64,000 bases of DNA, from positions 4,649 to 68,648 of the forward strand of contig JADYYG010000038.1 of the NCBI GenBank assembly GCA_020853755.1, in the 5' to 3' direction. Every line of letters starts with the position of its first letter. Positions within the stretch are counted from its first letter, which is position 1. The notes under the pieces are model-generated. The model had not been told where the DNA came from and ran no database searches. It was given only the letters and a program-made list of their open reading frames with translations. Source of the DNA: Dehalococcoidia bacterium (GTDB taxonomy: Bacteria > Chloroflexota > Dehalococcoidia > Tepidiformales > Tepidiformaceae). Position numbers and translations under genes: made by a program. Shown here piece after piece: positions 55,967 through 64,000 of this stretch.

Positions 55967-56647
55967 ATGGCGATCGCCACAGTCAATTCGACCTTTTCCC
56001 GGACCGCCGTTAGCGCGCCCGCGGGCAAGACCTGGGCATGGTCCGGCCTGCTGACTTTTGTCCTCGGGTTCGCATTTACCTGGGCGCCCGCCTTCATGGG
56101 CGTGAGCGAAAGCGACCAGCAAGACCCTGCCCGCCTGATGGCCTCGCTCGACACTACCTCGAACCTCTGGCTCGGGCGGGTCAGTTCGGGCGTCGGCTTC
56201 CTCGCCGTCGCGGCGCTCATTGTGTTCGCCACCGGGTTCCGCCGGATGCTCCGTTCGCGCATGCCCGAAAGCCTCGTGCCTGACGTGGCCTACGGCAGCC
56301 TGCTCGCGACGGCAGGCGCGCTGACGGTGGCCTCGGTCTTCCGAGCCATGCTGTTCGACAGCATCGATTCCTACGACAACAGCGTGCACGCGATGCTGTA
56401 CGCGCTGAGCTGGGACGCCGCCCTTGCTGGCTGGACGCTCGGCTTCCTCGCAGCCGGGGCGAGCGCAGTAGCGGCCTTCCGGGGCTCGCTCCCACGCTGG
56501 TTCGGCTGGACGAGTGCGGTCCTCACCGGCCTCGCCATCCTCCTCGCGCTCACGGGGCTTTCGTTCCCGGCGCACATGCCGGTGTTCATCTGGCTCATCT
56601 GCGCGGCGATCGTCTCCATCCGAGCGAGCGGCGAAGCCGCCGCCTGA
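55967..56647 (+). CDS. polytopic membrane protein (hypothetical)
   Basis: ATG at 55967 after GAGGGAG gives 226 aa with about 6 hydrophobic segments. Confidence 0.65.
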   Translation: MAIATVNSTFSRTAVSAPAGKTWAWSGLLTFVLGFAFTWAPAFMGVSESDQQDPARLMASLDTTSNLWLGRVSSGVGFLAVAALIVFATGFRRMLRSRMPESLVPDVAYGSLLATAGALTVASVFRAMLFDSIDSYDNSVHAMLYALSWDAALAGWTLGFLAAGASAVAAFRGSLPRWFGWTSAVLTGLAILLALTGLSFPAHMPVFIWLICAAIVSIRASGEAAA

Positions 56648-56673
56648 CCCGGGCGGCCGCGCGCCACATAGAG

Positions 56674-56714
56674 GCGGACCCTTTCGCCACAGGCAAGGGG
56701 TCCGCTTCGTTTCT
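56674..56714 (+). terminator. intrinsic terminator
   Basis: GCGGACCC-(16 nt)-GGGTCCGC followed by TTCGTTTCT, 27 nt after the stop at 56647. Confidence 0.6.
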
Positions 56715-56719
56715 GGAAC

Positions 56720-57472
56720 CTACTTCAGCAGACCGTCGAGGAGCTTGCGCCACTCCGCAGCGCTCGCGGGGCCATCGGTCACCTTCCCGTTAATCACGAA
56801 CGACGGCGTGCCCGGGAGGTTCAGGTCATTCGCCGACTTGAGGTCGGCCTGGACTGCGGTCACGGCCTTATCGCTCGAAATGCAGTCGCCGAACTTCGCG
56901 GTATCGAGTTTCAGGTCGCTGGCGAGTTGCTTGAGGCCGTCAGGTGCGAAGGCCTGGTTGAGCGATGGCCCCTTGCGCTCGTTCGCTTCGGCCTGGGCGA
57001 TAAAGAGCAGCCGGTGGTACGCCCAGAACTGGTTCTGTTCGCCCGCGCAGTACGCGCCGATGGCCGCTGCCGCGGTGATCTGGTGGAGCGGGAAGTAGCG
57101 GTAAACGAGCTGCACCTTCCCCGTAGCCACGTACTCGTCCATCAGCACCGGTTCGATCGAGGCGGTGAAGTCGAGGCAGTGCGGGCAGCCGAAGTCCTCG
57201 TACATTTCCACGACGACCTTCGCATCCGCCTTGCCGATGGCCTGGCCGTTCGCGAGGTCCTGCGGGATCTTCGCCTGGTTGATCTTCTTGCCGAGGGCCG
57301 ATTGCGGCGAACCGTTGCCGGTGACGCCCGCGGCCGTCGGGGCGGCTTTGGTGGCTGCCGTGGTTGGTTCTGGGCCGCTGTCGTCGTCATCTCCGCCACA
57401 GGCCGCGAAGACGGCGCCCGCCGCGAGCAGGGCCACGCCGGCAACGGCCAGCAGCATGCGGCGCTTATCCAT
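56720..57472 (-). CDS. DsbA-family thiol:disulfide oxidoreductase lipoprotein
   Basis: ATG at 57472 (MDKRRMLLAVAGVALLAAGAVFAAC-GG, lipobox). It has a CPHC active site. Confidence 0.85.
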   Translation of the reverse strand: MDKRRMLLAVAGVALLAAGAVFAACGGDDDDSGPEPTTAATKAAPTAAGVTGNGSPQSALGKKINQAKIPQDLANGQAIGKADAKVVVEMYEDFGCPHCLDFTASIEPVLMDEYVATGKVQLVYRYFPLHQITAAAAIGAYCAGEQNQFWAYHRLLFIAQAEANERKGPSLNQAFAPDGLKQLASDLKLDTAKFGDCISSDKAVTAVQADLKSANDLNLPGTPSFVINGKVTDGPASAAEWRKLLDGLLK

Positions 57473-58316
57473 TGAGGAACCCGTTGACGTGACCCATGAA
57501 GACCTCGAACTGGTCGTGGTGCACCCAGTGGCCGGCGTTCGCCACCTCCACCGAGCGGACATCGTGGAAGGCGCTGAGGTCGACCACGCCGGAGCGATTG
57601 CCCCAGCTCTCCTTGCCCCAGATCACCAGCAACGGGCAGCGAATCTGGTTCCAGAGGTCGCGCGCGTCTTCCATGTTGAACTCGTAGGGCGAACCGGCGT
57701 GGGTGTAGTTGTCGAACTTCCACGTATAGCCGTCTTCGACCTTGCGGACGCCCTGTTCGGTGAGATGGCGGGCCAGTTCCGGCGTGAGGTGGCGGTTGGC
57801 CTCGCGCATCCTCTGCGTGGCCTCATCGATGCTGGCGTAGATGTGGAGCCGGCGCCCTTCGAGGCCCTTCATGCTCTCCACCCAGGAGCGCATGCGGACG
57901 TGCGCGGGCCTTCGTTCACGCGTCCAGCCGAGGCCCCCGAGGCCCTCGATGGTGATCAGCCGGCTGATCTGCTCGGGGAAAGCGCCCGCGTACTGGAGCG
58001 TCACTCCGCCGCCGAGCGAGTGCCCGATGATGGTGTATGGCCCGCGCCCGATCTCCTCGCCGAGGGCGTGGATGTCGAGGGCGTAATCGATGATCGAGTA
58101 GTTGCCGCCCTGGGCCCACGCTGAATCGCCGTGGCCGCGGAGGTCCGGCGCATACACGCAGTAGCGGTCGGCCAGGGCCTGGGCTGTCCGGTCCCAGCTG
58201 CGGGCGTGGTCCCGCGTGCCGTGGACGAGGATGAGCGGCGGCTTCGCCTCATCGCCCCAGACCACGTAGTGCATCTTCAGTCGTTGCGAATAGTAATAGC
58301 GGCTCTCTGGCTCCAT
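57465..58316 (-). CDS. alpha/beta-fold hydrolase
   Basis: 283 aa with HGTRDH, the nucleophile elbow GHSLGG and a C-terminal His (AGHWVHHD). Confidence 0.85.
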   Translation of the reverse strand: MEPESRYYYSQRLKMHYVVWGDEAKPPLILVHGTRDHARSWDRTAQALADRYCVYAPDLRGHGDSAWAQGGNYSIIDYALDIHALGEEIGRGPYTIIGHSLGGGVTLQYAGAFPEQISRLITIEGLGGLGWTRERRPAHVRMRSWVESMKGLEGRRLHIYASIDEATQRMREANRHLTPELARHLTEQGVRKVEDGYTWKFDNYTHAGSPYEFNMEDARDLWNQIRCPLLVIWGKESWGNRSGVVDLSAFHDVRSVEVANAGHWVHHDQFEVFMGHVNGFLNG

Positions 58317-58465
58317 AGCTCACCAAGGGTAAGCGGCAAGCCTGTGGCAGGGAATCCGCGTGTGAACCCGGGCTCGCCGGCGCAACTGCTGAGTGATTTT
58401 GTCCGAAGCGCGGTGACAAACCTCCCTTCGCCGTCGGGTGCGAAGGAAAACACCCTTGTCCCGCG

Positions 58466-60535
58466 ATGCTCACTCTCACCAGCACCCTCCAAGCCGCCAT
58501 CGGCGACCCTCGCCGTAAGCCCGCTATCGCCGCCTCAGTCCAGCCCTACCGCTTCAACGTCCCCATCCTCACCGCTTCCTGGCTCGGCGCCAACGGCTCC
58601 GCCGATACCCAACTCTCCCTCGCCGTCAATCCCACCGACCGCTCAAAGCTCGTCGCTGTCCGCTCCAACGGCACCGCCCTCGACTTCTCTACCCCCTACC
58701 CCTCCGGCGCCTGGACTAACCTCGACACTATCTCCGCAGGCCAGGGCTTCCAGCTCGCCTACGACCCCACAGCCGCCGTCTTCGCCGTCGCCTATGGTGA
58801 CGGTACGGCCCTCAAATTCCGCACCTCCGCTGACGGCCTCACCTGGTCCGCCGCCACCACCATCGTCACCGAGGCCTCTAACATCGGAGCCGTCGCACTC
58901 GCCTTCGACGACTCCGGCGACGCCTGCGTCTTCTACGTCATCGGCACCTCCACCACCCTCAACCGCATCCGCCGCACAGCTGGCGCCTGGGCGGCCTCCG
59001 GCGCCAACTGGTCCCGCTCGTCCAGCGTCGCCAACCTCACCGGCCTCGCCGCCTACTGGCGCGCCGACTACTTCCTCGCCGTCACCGGCCTCGCCGCCAC
59101 ATCCCTCGCCCCCACCGCCTGGGCGGTCCGCATGGGAGACACCTTCTACGCCCCCAACGCCTGGTCAACCCTCAAAACCATCACCGAGGCTGACCCAGCC
59201 TCTACACTCACCTTCGCCTACCCCTCCATCGTCGACTTCGACGGCTACGCCTTCGCCACCTTCCAGCGCACCGAAGCCGGCAACGTCCCCAGCCAGACCG
59301 TCCAGCTCGCCCACTCCCTCTCTCCCGGCCCTATCGGCCTCTGGTCGGAACCTCGCCCCGTCCCATGGATCGACACCACCCACGGAGCCGCACTCGCACA
59401 CTTCGACGACGACACCTACAACCTCACCTGGATCGCAGGCTCCGCCTACGGCCACGTCTCCCAGCATCCCCCTTCCTACGACGTCTCAGCCCGCATCCTC
59501 GCACTCTCCTACCGCCTCACACCCGGCTCCCTCAGCCTCCGGCTCGAGCTCGACAACCACGACGGCAACGCACGCTTTCACCCCTCAGCCGACTTCCGCA
59601 TCGACGTCGGCCGCGACGTCCTCGTCTCCCTCGGCTACCACACCTCAGCCGGAGCCGAGCACGCCACCTTCCTCCGCGCCAACATCCACCGCATCACCGA
59701 CCAGATCGGCCCCGGCGCTCACCGCCTCATCATCGAGGCTAGCGGCCCATGGGAAGCCATGGACCGCTACCGTGCCCTCGCCGCCTGGACTGCACCCGCA
59801 GGCACCACCCGCGGCAACACCTTCCAGCGCGTCGCCGCTCTCGCCGGCCTTGAAGTCTCCACCGCCTCCGGCGGCTTCGCACCCTCCACCGCCTGGACCA
59901 CCGACACCCCGGCCTTCGCCATCGCCGCCGGCGAGAAGGGTTCAACCACCCTTCAACGCCTCCTCACCGTCACACCCGACTTTGTCCGCCCAGCCTTCGG
60001 CTCCGGCGGCCTTGAAATCTGCACCGCACCCGTCGACACCTCCGGCGCGCCCATCTTCGCCCTCGGCCCTTCCCCTGGTTCCCCCTACCCCCTGCTTGAC
60101 CTCCAACTCGCCGACCAGCTCGCGCCCAACCTCTTCCGCCTGCAGGGTCCCGACCGCTACGCCGACTCCGCCCGTCTCGGCGCCGACGGCTACGTCGACA
60201 TCCTCAGCGTCGGCCCCGCCGCCCAGCTCGTCCGTGACCTGGACGCCACCACCAACACCGCCGCCACCACCCGCGCCGCCAACGCCCGCAAACGCGCCCT
60301 GCAGCTGGAGCCTCGCGGCCGCGCCGTCGTCCCATTTCACCCCGGCCTTGAACTCTTCGACCCCGTCGCCTTCCGCTGGAACCTCAACCCCCTCGACGGA
60401 CTGGAAGACGCAACCCGCCGCATCGTCGGCCTCGCCGTCGACTACCGCGCCGACCCGGCCCCAGCCGCCGGCGCCGGTCGCGTCGCCTACACCGCCACAC
60501 TCGACCTCGCCGAAGCCGCCGGCTTCGACGGCTAA
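58466..60535 (+). CDS. phage tail/baseplate-hub-like protein with N-terminal Asp-box (BNR) beta-propeller-like region
   Basis: 689 aa. It has SADGLTW (Asp-box). The C-terminal half (..LSLRLELDNHDGNARF..DVLVSLGYHTSAGAEHATFLRANIHRI..LIIEASGPWEAM..) resembles gpD/gp27-type hub proteins from memory. Almost every codon ends in C. The 897-aa alternative frame 58131..60824 is a P/S/T-rich shadow. Confidence 0.6.
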   Translation: MLTLTSTLQAAIGDPRRKPAIAASVQPYRFNVPILTASWLGANGSADTQLSLAVNPTDRSKLVAVRSNGTALDFSTPYPSGAWTNLDTISAGQGFQLAYDPTAAVFAVAYGDGTALKFRTSADGLTWSAATTIVTEASNIGAVALAFDDSGDACVFYVIGTSTTLNRIRRTAGAWAASGANWSRSSSVANLTGLAAYWRADYFLAVTGLAATSLAPTAWAVRMGDTFYAPNAWSTLKTITEADPASTLTFAYPSIVDFDGYAFATFQRTEAGNVPSQTVQLAHSLSPGPIGLWSEPRPVPWIDTTHGAALAHFDDDTYNLTWIAGSAYGHVSQHPPSYDVSARILALSYRLTPGSLSLRLELDNHDGNARFHPSADFRIDVGRDVLVSLGYHTSAGAEHATFLRANIHRITDQIGPGAHRLIIEASGPWEAMDRYRALAAWTAPAGTTRGNTFQRVAALAGLEVSTASGGFAPSTAWTTDTPAFAIAAGEKGSTTLQRLLTVTPDFVRPAFGSGGLEICTAPVDTSGAPIFALGPSPGSPYPLLDLQLADQLAPNLFRLQGPDRYADSARLGADGYVDILSVGPAAQLVRDLDATTNTAATTRAANARKRALQLEPRGRAVVPFHPGLELFDPVAFRWNLNPLDGLEDATRRIVGLAVDYRADPAPAAGAGRVAYTATLDLAEAAGFDG

Positions 60536-60553
60536 CCACACCCCAAAAACCCC

Positions 60554-60581
60554 AACCTCAAACCTCAAACCTCAAACCTCT
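60554..60581. repeat. heptamer array aacctca x3 + aacctct
   Basis: Direct reading. It lies in the 76-nt spacer between 58466..60535 and 60612..60824, embedded in C/A-rich sequence. Confidence 0.85.
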
Positions 60582-60611
60582 ACCCCCCAACCCCTACCCC
60601 CGGAGCCCCCC

Positions 60612-60824
60612 ATGGCCGTCCTTCGCGCCCACCTCGTCAGCTTCGACTCAGGAACCTACCTCGCCACCGTCCGCGTCGACGGCTCAGCCGCCCAGGTCCT
60701 CGCCGGCATCCCCACCGCACGCGACATCGCCGCCGCCGAGATGACCGCAGGCCGCCGCGTCCTCCTCGACACCGGCGACCACAACCACCCCTCAGACTTC
60801 GTCGTCACCGTCGTCTACGTCTGA
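60612..60824 (+). CDS. small beta-rich hypothetical protein (phage-tail-associated type)
   Basis: ATG at 60612, 7 nt after GGAG, gives 70 aa (MAVLRAHLVSFDSGTYLATVRVDGSAAQVLAGIPTARDI...). It shares the extreme C-ending codon bias of the preceding gene. Confidence 0.55.
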   Translation: MAVLRAHLVSFDSGTYLATVRVDGSAAQVLAGIPTARDIAAAEMTAGRRVLLDTGDHNHPSDFVVTVVYV

Positions 60825-60851
60825 GCCCGGCGTGACTGCTGCGACAGCCGG

Positions 60852-61757
60852 GTGGAAGATGAACCCGAAGGCTGCCGGGGGACGGCCGTGGAGGGTGCGG
60901 CCCTGGAACGAACGGCGCGGGCGAATCGGTGGACCCACCTCATCGGTGTTGGTCTCGTCGCGCTCTCCGGGGTAGCCGCCATCGCCCTCAGCGTCATCGA
61001 AAACGAAACGCGCCCCGTCAAGGTCAGCGCCGCCAGCCCGGCAACCACCTCTCTCGTCCGCCTGCCCGACCTTGCCTTCGACGGCACGCCCGAACCCCTT
61101 CCGACGCCCACCCCGACGCCGACGCCGACACCCACGCCGGTGCGCACCTCGCTCGAAGGCCTTCGCGTCTGGAGCGACGGCGACTCGACCAGCTACTTCG
61201 TGACCGTGGCCTTCTACCAGATTGCCGCCGCCCAGGGCGGAATCCCGGTGCGCGCCGCCGACTACAAGATCTCCTCCGGCCTCGTCAGCACCTGGTTCTT
61301 CGACTGGCCGCCGTTCATCGCCAGCGAGATGGCGACCTACGACCCGGACGTCGCCGTCTTCATGGTCGGCGCGAACGACGCCATGCAGATCAGTTCGTAC
61401 GAAAACTATGCTGCGAAGGTTGGCGCGGTGATGGACGAGATGTACCGCCCCGGCCGCATCGTCATCTGGATGGGCCAGCCGAACATGCGCCCGGACCCGT
61501 CGCAGGGCTACAACCCGGCGCTCGCGCAGGCCATCCCGCCGGTCAACGCCGTGTTCCAGGCCGAAGCGGCGAAACGCTCCTGGGTCCGCTACGTCGATAC
61601 CTGGGCGCTGACCTCCTACTCCGAAGGCTCCTACGCCGACGTCCTCCCCGACGAAAACGGCGTCCCGCAGGTCCTCCGCGCGAGTGACGGCATCCACTTC
61701 ACCCCTGCCGGCGGCCACCGGCTGGCCCTCGCCGCGGTGGCGGCCGTCCTCCGCTGA
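60852..61757 (+). CDS. membrane-anchored SGNH-hydrolase / DUF459-like protein
   Basis: 301 aa with a TM anchor and a TPTPTPTPTPTP linker. It has GDS (WSDGDST) and GANDA blocks, and DGIHFT (catalytic His block). GTG start is uncertain. Confidence 0.75.
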   Translation: MEDEPEGCRGTAVEGAALERTARANRWTHLIGVGLVALSGVAAIALSVIENETRPVKVSAASPATTSLVRLPDLAFDGTPEPLPTPTPTPTPTPTPVRTSLEGLRVWSDGDSTSYFVTVAFYQIAAAQGGIPVRAADYKISSGLVSTWFFDWPPFIASEMATYDPDVAVFMVGANDAMQISSYENYAAKVGAVMDEMYRPGRIVIWMGQPNMRPDPSQGYNPALAQAIPPVNAVFQAEAAKRSWVRYVDTWALTSYSEGSYADVLPDENGVPQVLRASDGIHFTPAGGHRLALAAVAAVLR

Positions 61758-61861
61758 GGCCGTAACCGCCCCATTACGAACGTTCGCCCGTGCGCCAGCC
61801 GCAGGCGACAATGCCCGCGGGCACGGCGGCTCCGCGGGGCCGGCGGCGGCCAAAGACACCG

Positions 61862-63286
61862 ATGCTCTTCCCGACAGTCGATTTCGCCATCTTCTTCGTG
61901 TGCGTGTTTGCCGTCGCCTGGCTCATCCGGCCGTGGCACCTCGGCTGGCGAATCTTCCTCGTCCTCGCAAGCTGGTTCTTCTACGCCTTCTGGGAGCCCG
62001 AGTTCGTCCTCCTCCTTATCGGCTCGACGGCGGTGAACTGGGCGATCGGCCGTGACCTCGCGCAGATGCGCGACGAAGCCGGCAAGCCCACGCCGGGCGC
62101 CCGCGCGCTCCTCACCTTCGGCATCACTCTCAACCTCTTCACCCTCGGCTGGTTCAAGTACTACGGCTTCTTCGCCGAAGAACTCGACGGCCTCTTCGGC
62201 GTCTTCCGCATGGGGAACCCCATCCCCCTGAAGGAGATAACGCTCCCGATCGCCATCTCTTTCTTCACCTTCCACGCCATCAGCTACCTGGTCGATATCG
62301 TCCGCGGCGAAATCGCCGAACCGATGTCGCCGCTCGATTTCGCCCTCTACCTCTCGTTCTTCCCCCACCTCGTGGCAGGTCCGATCGTCCGCGTGACGGA
62401 GTTCGCCCCGCAGATCCGCGAGCCGGTCACGAAGCGCCTGATCGACGCTGCGCCGGCCTTCCAGCTCATCCTCTTCGGCCTCTTCAAGAAGGTGGTGATT
62501 TCGAGCTACCTCTCGAAGCAGATCGCCGACCCGGTGTTCGCGTCACCCGGTTCGCACAGCGCCTTCGAAGTCATCGTCGGGGTCTACGCCTACGCCGTGC
62601 AGATCTTCGCCGACTTCTCCGGCTATACGGACATCGCAATCGGTTGCGCGCTGCTCCTCGGCATTCGCTTCCCCCAGAACTTCGATGCGCCCTACCGCGC
62701 ACTGTCGCTCCAGGACTTCTGGCGGCGATGGCACATGACGCTCTCCCGCTGGCTGCGCGATTACCTCTACATCCCCCTCGGCGGCAACCGCGGGACGAAA
62801 GCGTTCATCTACCGCAACCTCTTCATCACCATGGTCCTCGGCGGGCTGTGGCACGGCGCGGCGTTCACCTTCATCGTCTGGGGCGCCATCCACGGCGGCG
62901 GTCTCGTGGTCGAACGGGAACTGCGCGAACGCTTCCCCGGCCGTCTCGGGCGGGCGGCCCCGGTGGTCCACTGGCTCATCACCTTCCACGTTGTCTGCCT
63001 TGCCTGGATCTTCTTCCGGGCTGAGACGTTCGGCGCTGCATGGGAGATCCTCGGGCGAATGGTCACCGGCTGGGGCGCTTCGCCAGCGGTGACGCCGCTG
63101 CTCCTCCTCGTCATCGCGGGCAGCATCGCCTCCCAGTTCGTACCGCCGCGCTGGTGGGAGCGGGTGCAGGTGTCTTTCTCGAAGCTGGCGCCAGCCGCGC
63201 AGGCCGGTACCCTAGCCCTCGGGCTCGTCCTCATCGATGCGCTCGGCCCCGAAGGCGTCGCCCCGTTCATCTACTTTCAGTTCTGA
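61862..63286 (+). CDS. MBOAT-family membrane O-acyltransferase (AlgI/DltB/PatA-like)
   Basis: ATG at 61862 (MLFPTVDFAIFF..). Polytopic, with FWRRWHMTLSRWLRDYLYIPLGGNRG containing the conserved His. Confidence 0.9.
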   Translation: MLFPTVDFAIFFVCVFAVAWLIRPWHLGWRIFLVLASWFFYAFWEPEFVLLLIGSTAVNWAIGRDLAQMRDEAGKPTPGARALLTFGITLNLFTLGWFKYYGFFAEELDGLFGVFRMGNPIPLKEITLPIAISFFTFHAISYLVDIVRGEIAEPMSPLDFALYLSFFPHLVAGPIVRVTEFAPQIREPVTKRLIDAAPAFQLILFGLFKKVVISSYLSKQIADPVFASPGSHSAFEVIVGVYAYAVQIFADFSGYTDIAIGCALLLGIRFPQNFDAPYRALSLQDFWRRWHMTLSRWLRDYLYIPLGGNRGTKAFIYRNLFITMVLGGLWHGAAFTFIVWGAIHGGGLVVERELRERFPGRLGRAAPVVHWLITFHVVCLAWIFFRAETFGAAWEILGRMVTGWGASPAVTPLLLLVIAGSIASQFVPPRWWERVQVSFSKLAPAAQAGTLALGLVLIDALGPEGVAPFIYFQF

Positions 63287-63293
63287 GGTTGGC

Positions 63294-64000
63294 ATGGCGC
63301 GAAGCAGACCCAACCGCGACGAGGAGCACATCGAGGGCGGACGACGTGGCTACCGGCCCGCACGCGTGATGTGGGTGCTCGTCGTGGGCCTGCTCATCGC
63401 CCTCATGCTCAACGCCACCGAACTCGAAAACGAAGCCAAATCGAAGCCTTACGGCCGCAACCGCGACGTCTGGGTGGCCATCTGGAAGCCGTTCGCCGTC
63501 GTCAGCCACGCGCTCTACATCGACCGGCCGCGCGCCTGGTTCGACGATGCCATCGGCCGCGGCGATAGCGGTTCACTCTTCGAACTGCCCCCGGCCGAAG
63601 CTGGCGAAACCCCGGCCAGCGGCGCCACCGAAACCTCGACCACCGGGCCGAAGGGCACGAAGACCCCGGCCGCCACGCCAACCCCTTCGAAGCCGAAGCA
63701 GCTGGTGCGCACCCCCAGCGCGGCTGACCCCCTGCGCGTGTGGGTCGGAGGCGACTCGATGTCGAAGATCCTCGGCGAAGCGCTCGTCCGCCAGGCGACC
63801 GAGTCCGGCGTGATGAAACCGGTGCAGGACTCCCAGCTGTCGAGCGGCCTCACCCGGCCCGATTTCTTCGACTGGCCCGGCCACTTAAACGACCTCGTCA
63901 AGGCGAACCCGCCGAACGAGGTGTTCGTCGTGATGTTCGGCGCGAACGACGCGCAGGGCATCAAGACCCCCGACGGCAAGATCTTCCAGTCGACCGATGA
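63294..64000 (+). CDS. second SGNH/DUF459-like protein (partial, 3' end outside window)
   Basis: Not in the ORF track because there is no stop in the window. Hand translation from the ATG at 63294 gives MARSRPNRDEEH..WVLVVGLLIALML (TM)..LRVWVGGDSMSK..VVMFGANDAQG. It is a paralogue of 60852..61757. Confidence 0.75.
   Translation, partial: MARSRPNRDEEHIEGGRRGYRPARVMWVLVVGLLIALMLNATELENEAKSKPYGRNRDVWVAIWKPFAVVSHALYIDRPRAWFDDAIGRGDSGSLFELPPAEAGETPASGATETSTTGPKGTKTPAATPTPSKPKQLVRTPSAADPLRVWVGGDSMSKILGEALVRQATESGVMKPVQDSQLSSGLTRPDFFDWPGHLNDLVKANPPNEVFVVMFGANDAQGIKTPDGKIFQSTD

Noticed and set aside
58131-60824. 897-aa ORF, the longest in the track, extremely Pro/Ser/Thr/Ala-rich
   Set aside because: It is a shadow frame produced by the C-rich coding strand. 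The +1 alternative (58466..60535 plus 60612..60824) gives normal globular-looking proteins with an Asp-box, an SD and sensible stops.

Overview
High-GC bacterial chromosomal segment. Taxon cannot be fixed from sequence alone; PT-rich linkers, a GAAC-N4-GTTC SOS box and four-helix-bundle cassettes fit a Chloroflexota/Actinomycetota-like organism. I can support about 70 protein-coding genes. Most are ordinary housekeeping or metabolism genes: lysA-type decarboxylase, proB, long-form leuA, ppa, nhaA, mscL, holB, radC, corA-like, a DEAD-box helicase and an ABC-F ATPase. There is also a lipid/beta-oxidation set (2 enoyl-CoA hydratases, thiolase, MaoC dehydratase, 4 SDRs, a desaturase, a P450), an ECF sigma/anti-sigma pair and an MBOAT plus two SGNH acyl-transfer genes. 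No rRNA gene, canonical tRNA gene, CRISPR array, integrase or transposase was seen. Many long ORFs in the track are GC-driven shadow frames; I re-picked starts by hand where the N-terminus was implausible.

Five things stand out:
1. Intact-looking phage virion-type genes lie singly or in pairs among core genes. These are a large terminase with a DUF4280/PAAR-like protein, a possible neck/adaptor protein, a lone major-capsid-like gene with its own SD and terminator, and a hub-like Asp-box protein with a small partner. This fits a domesticated GTA-like set or a shattered prophage.
2. A 2.4-kb segment lies between two convergent SDR genes and is partitioned by six arrays of a 7-bp repeat (GATTNNG). 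It carries a four-helix-bundle gene, and gene 3' ends are duplicated next to two of the arrays.
3. leuA has a leucine leader-peptide attenuator.
4. A Cheo-type SOS box overlaps a divergent promoter in front of a Cys-rich HTH gene.
5. A low-GC dinD/BRO island, a DUF5678-like/retropepsin pair preceded by a tRNA-like three-way-junction element, and a membrane-tethered LuxR regulator.
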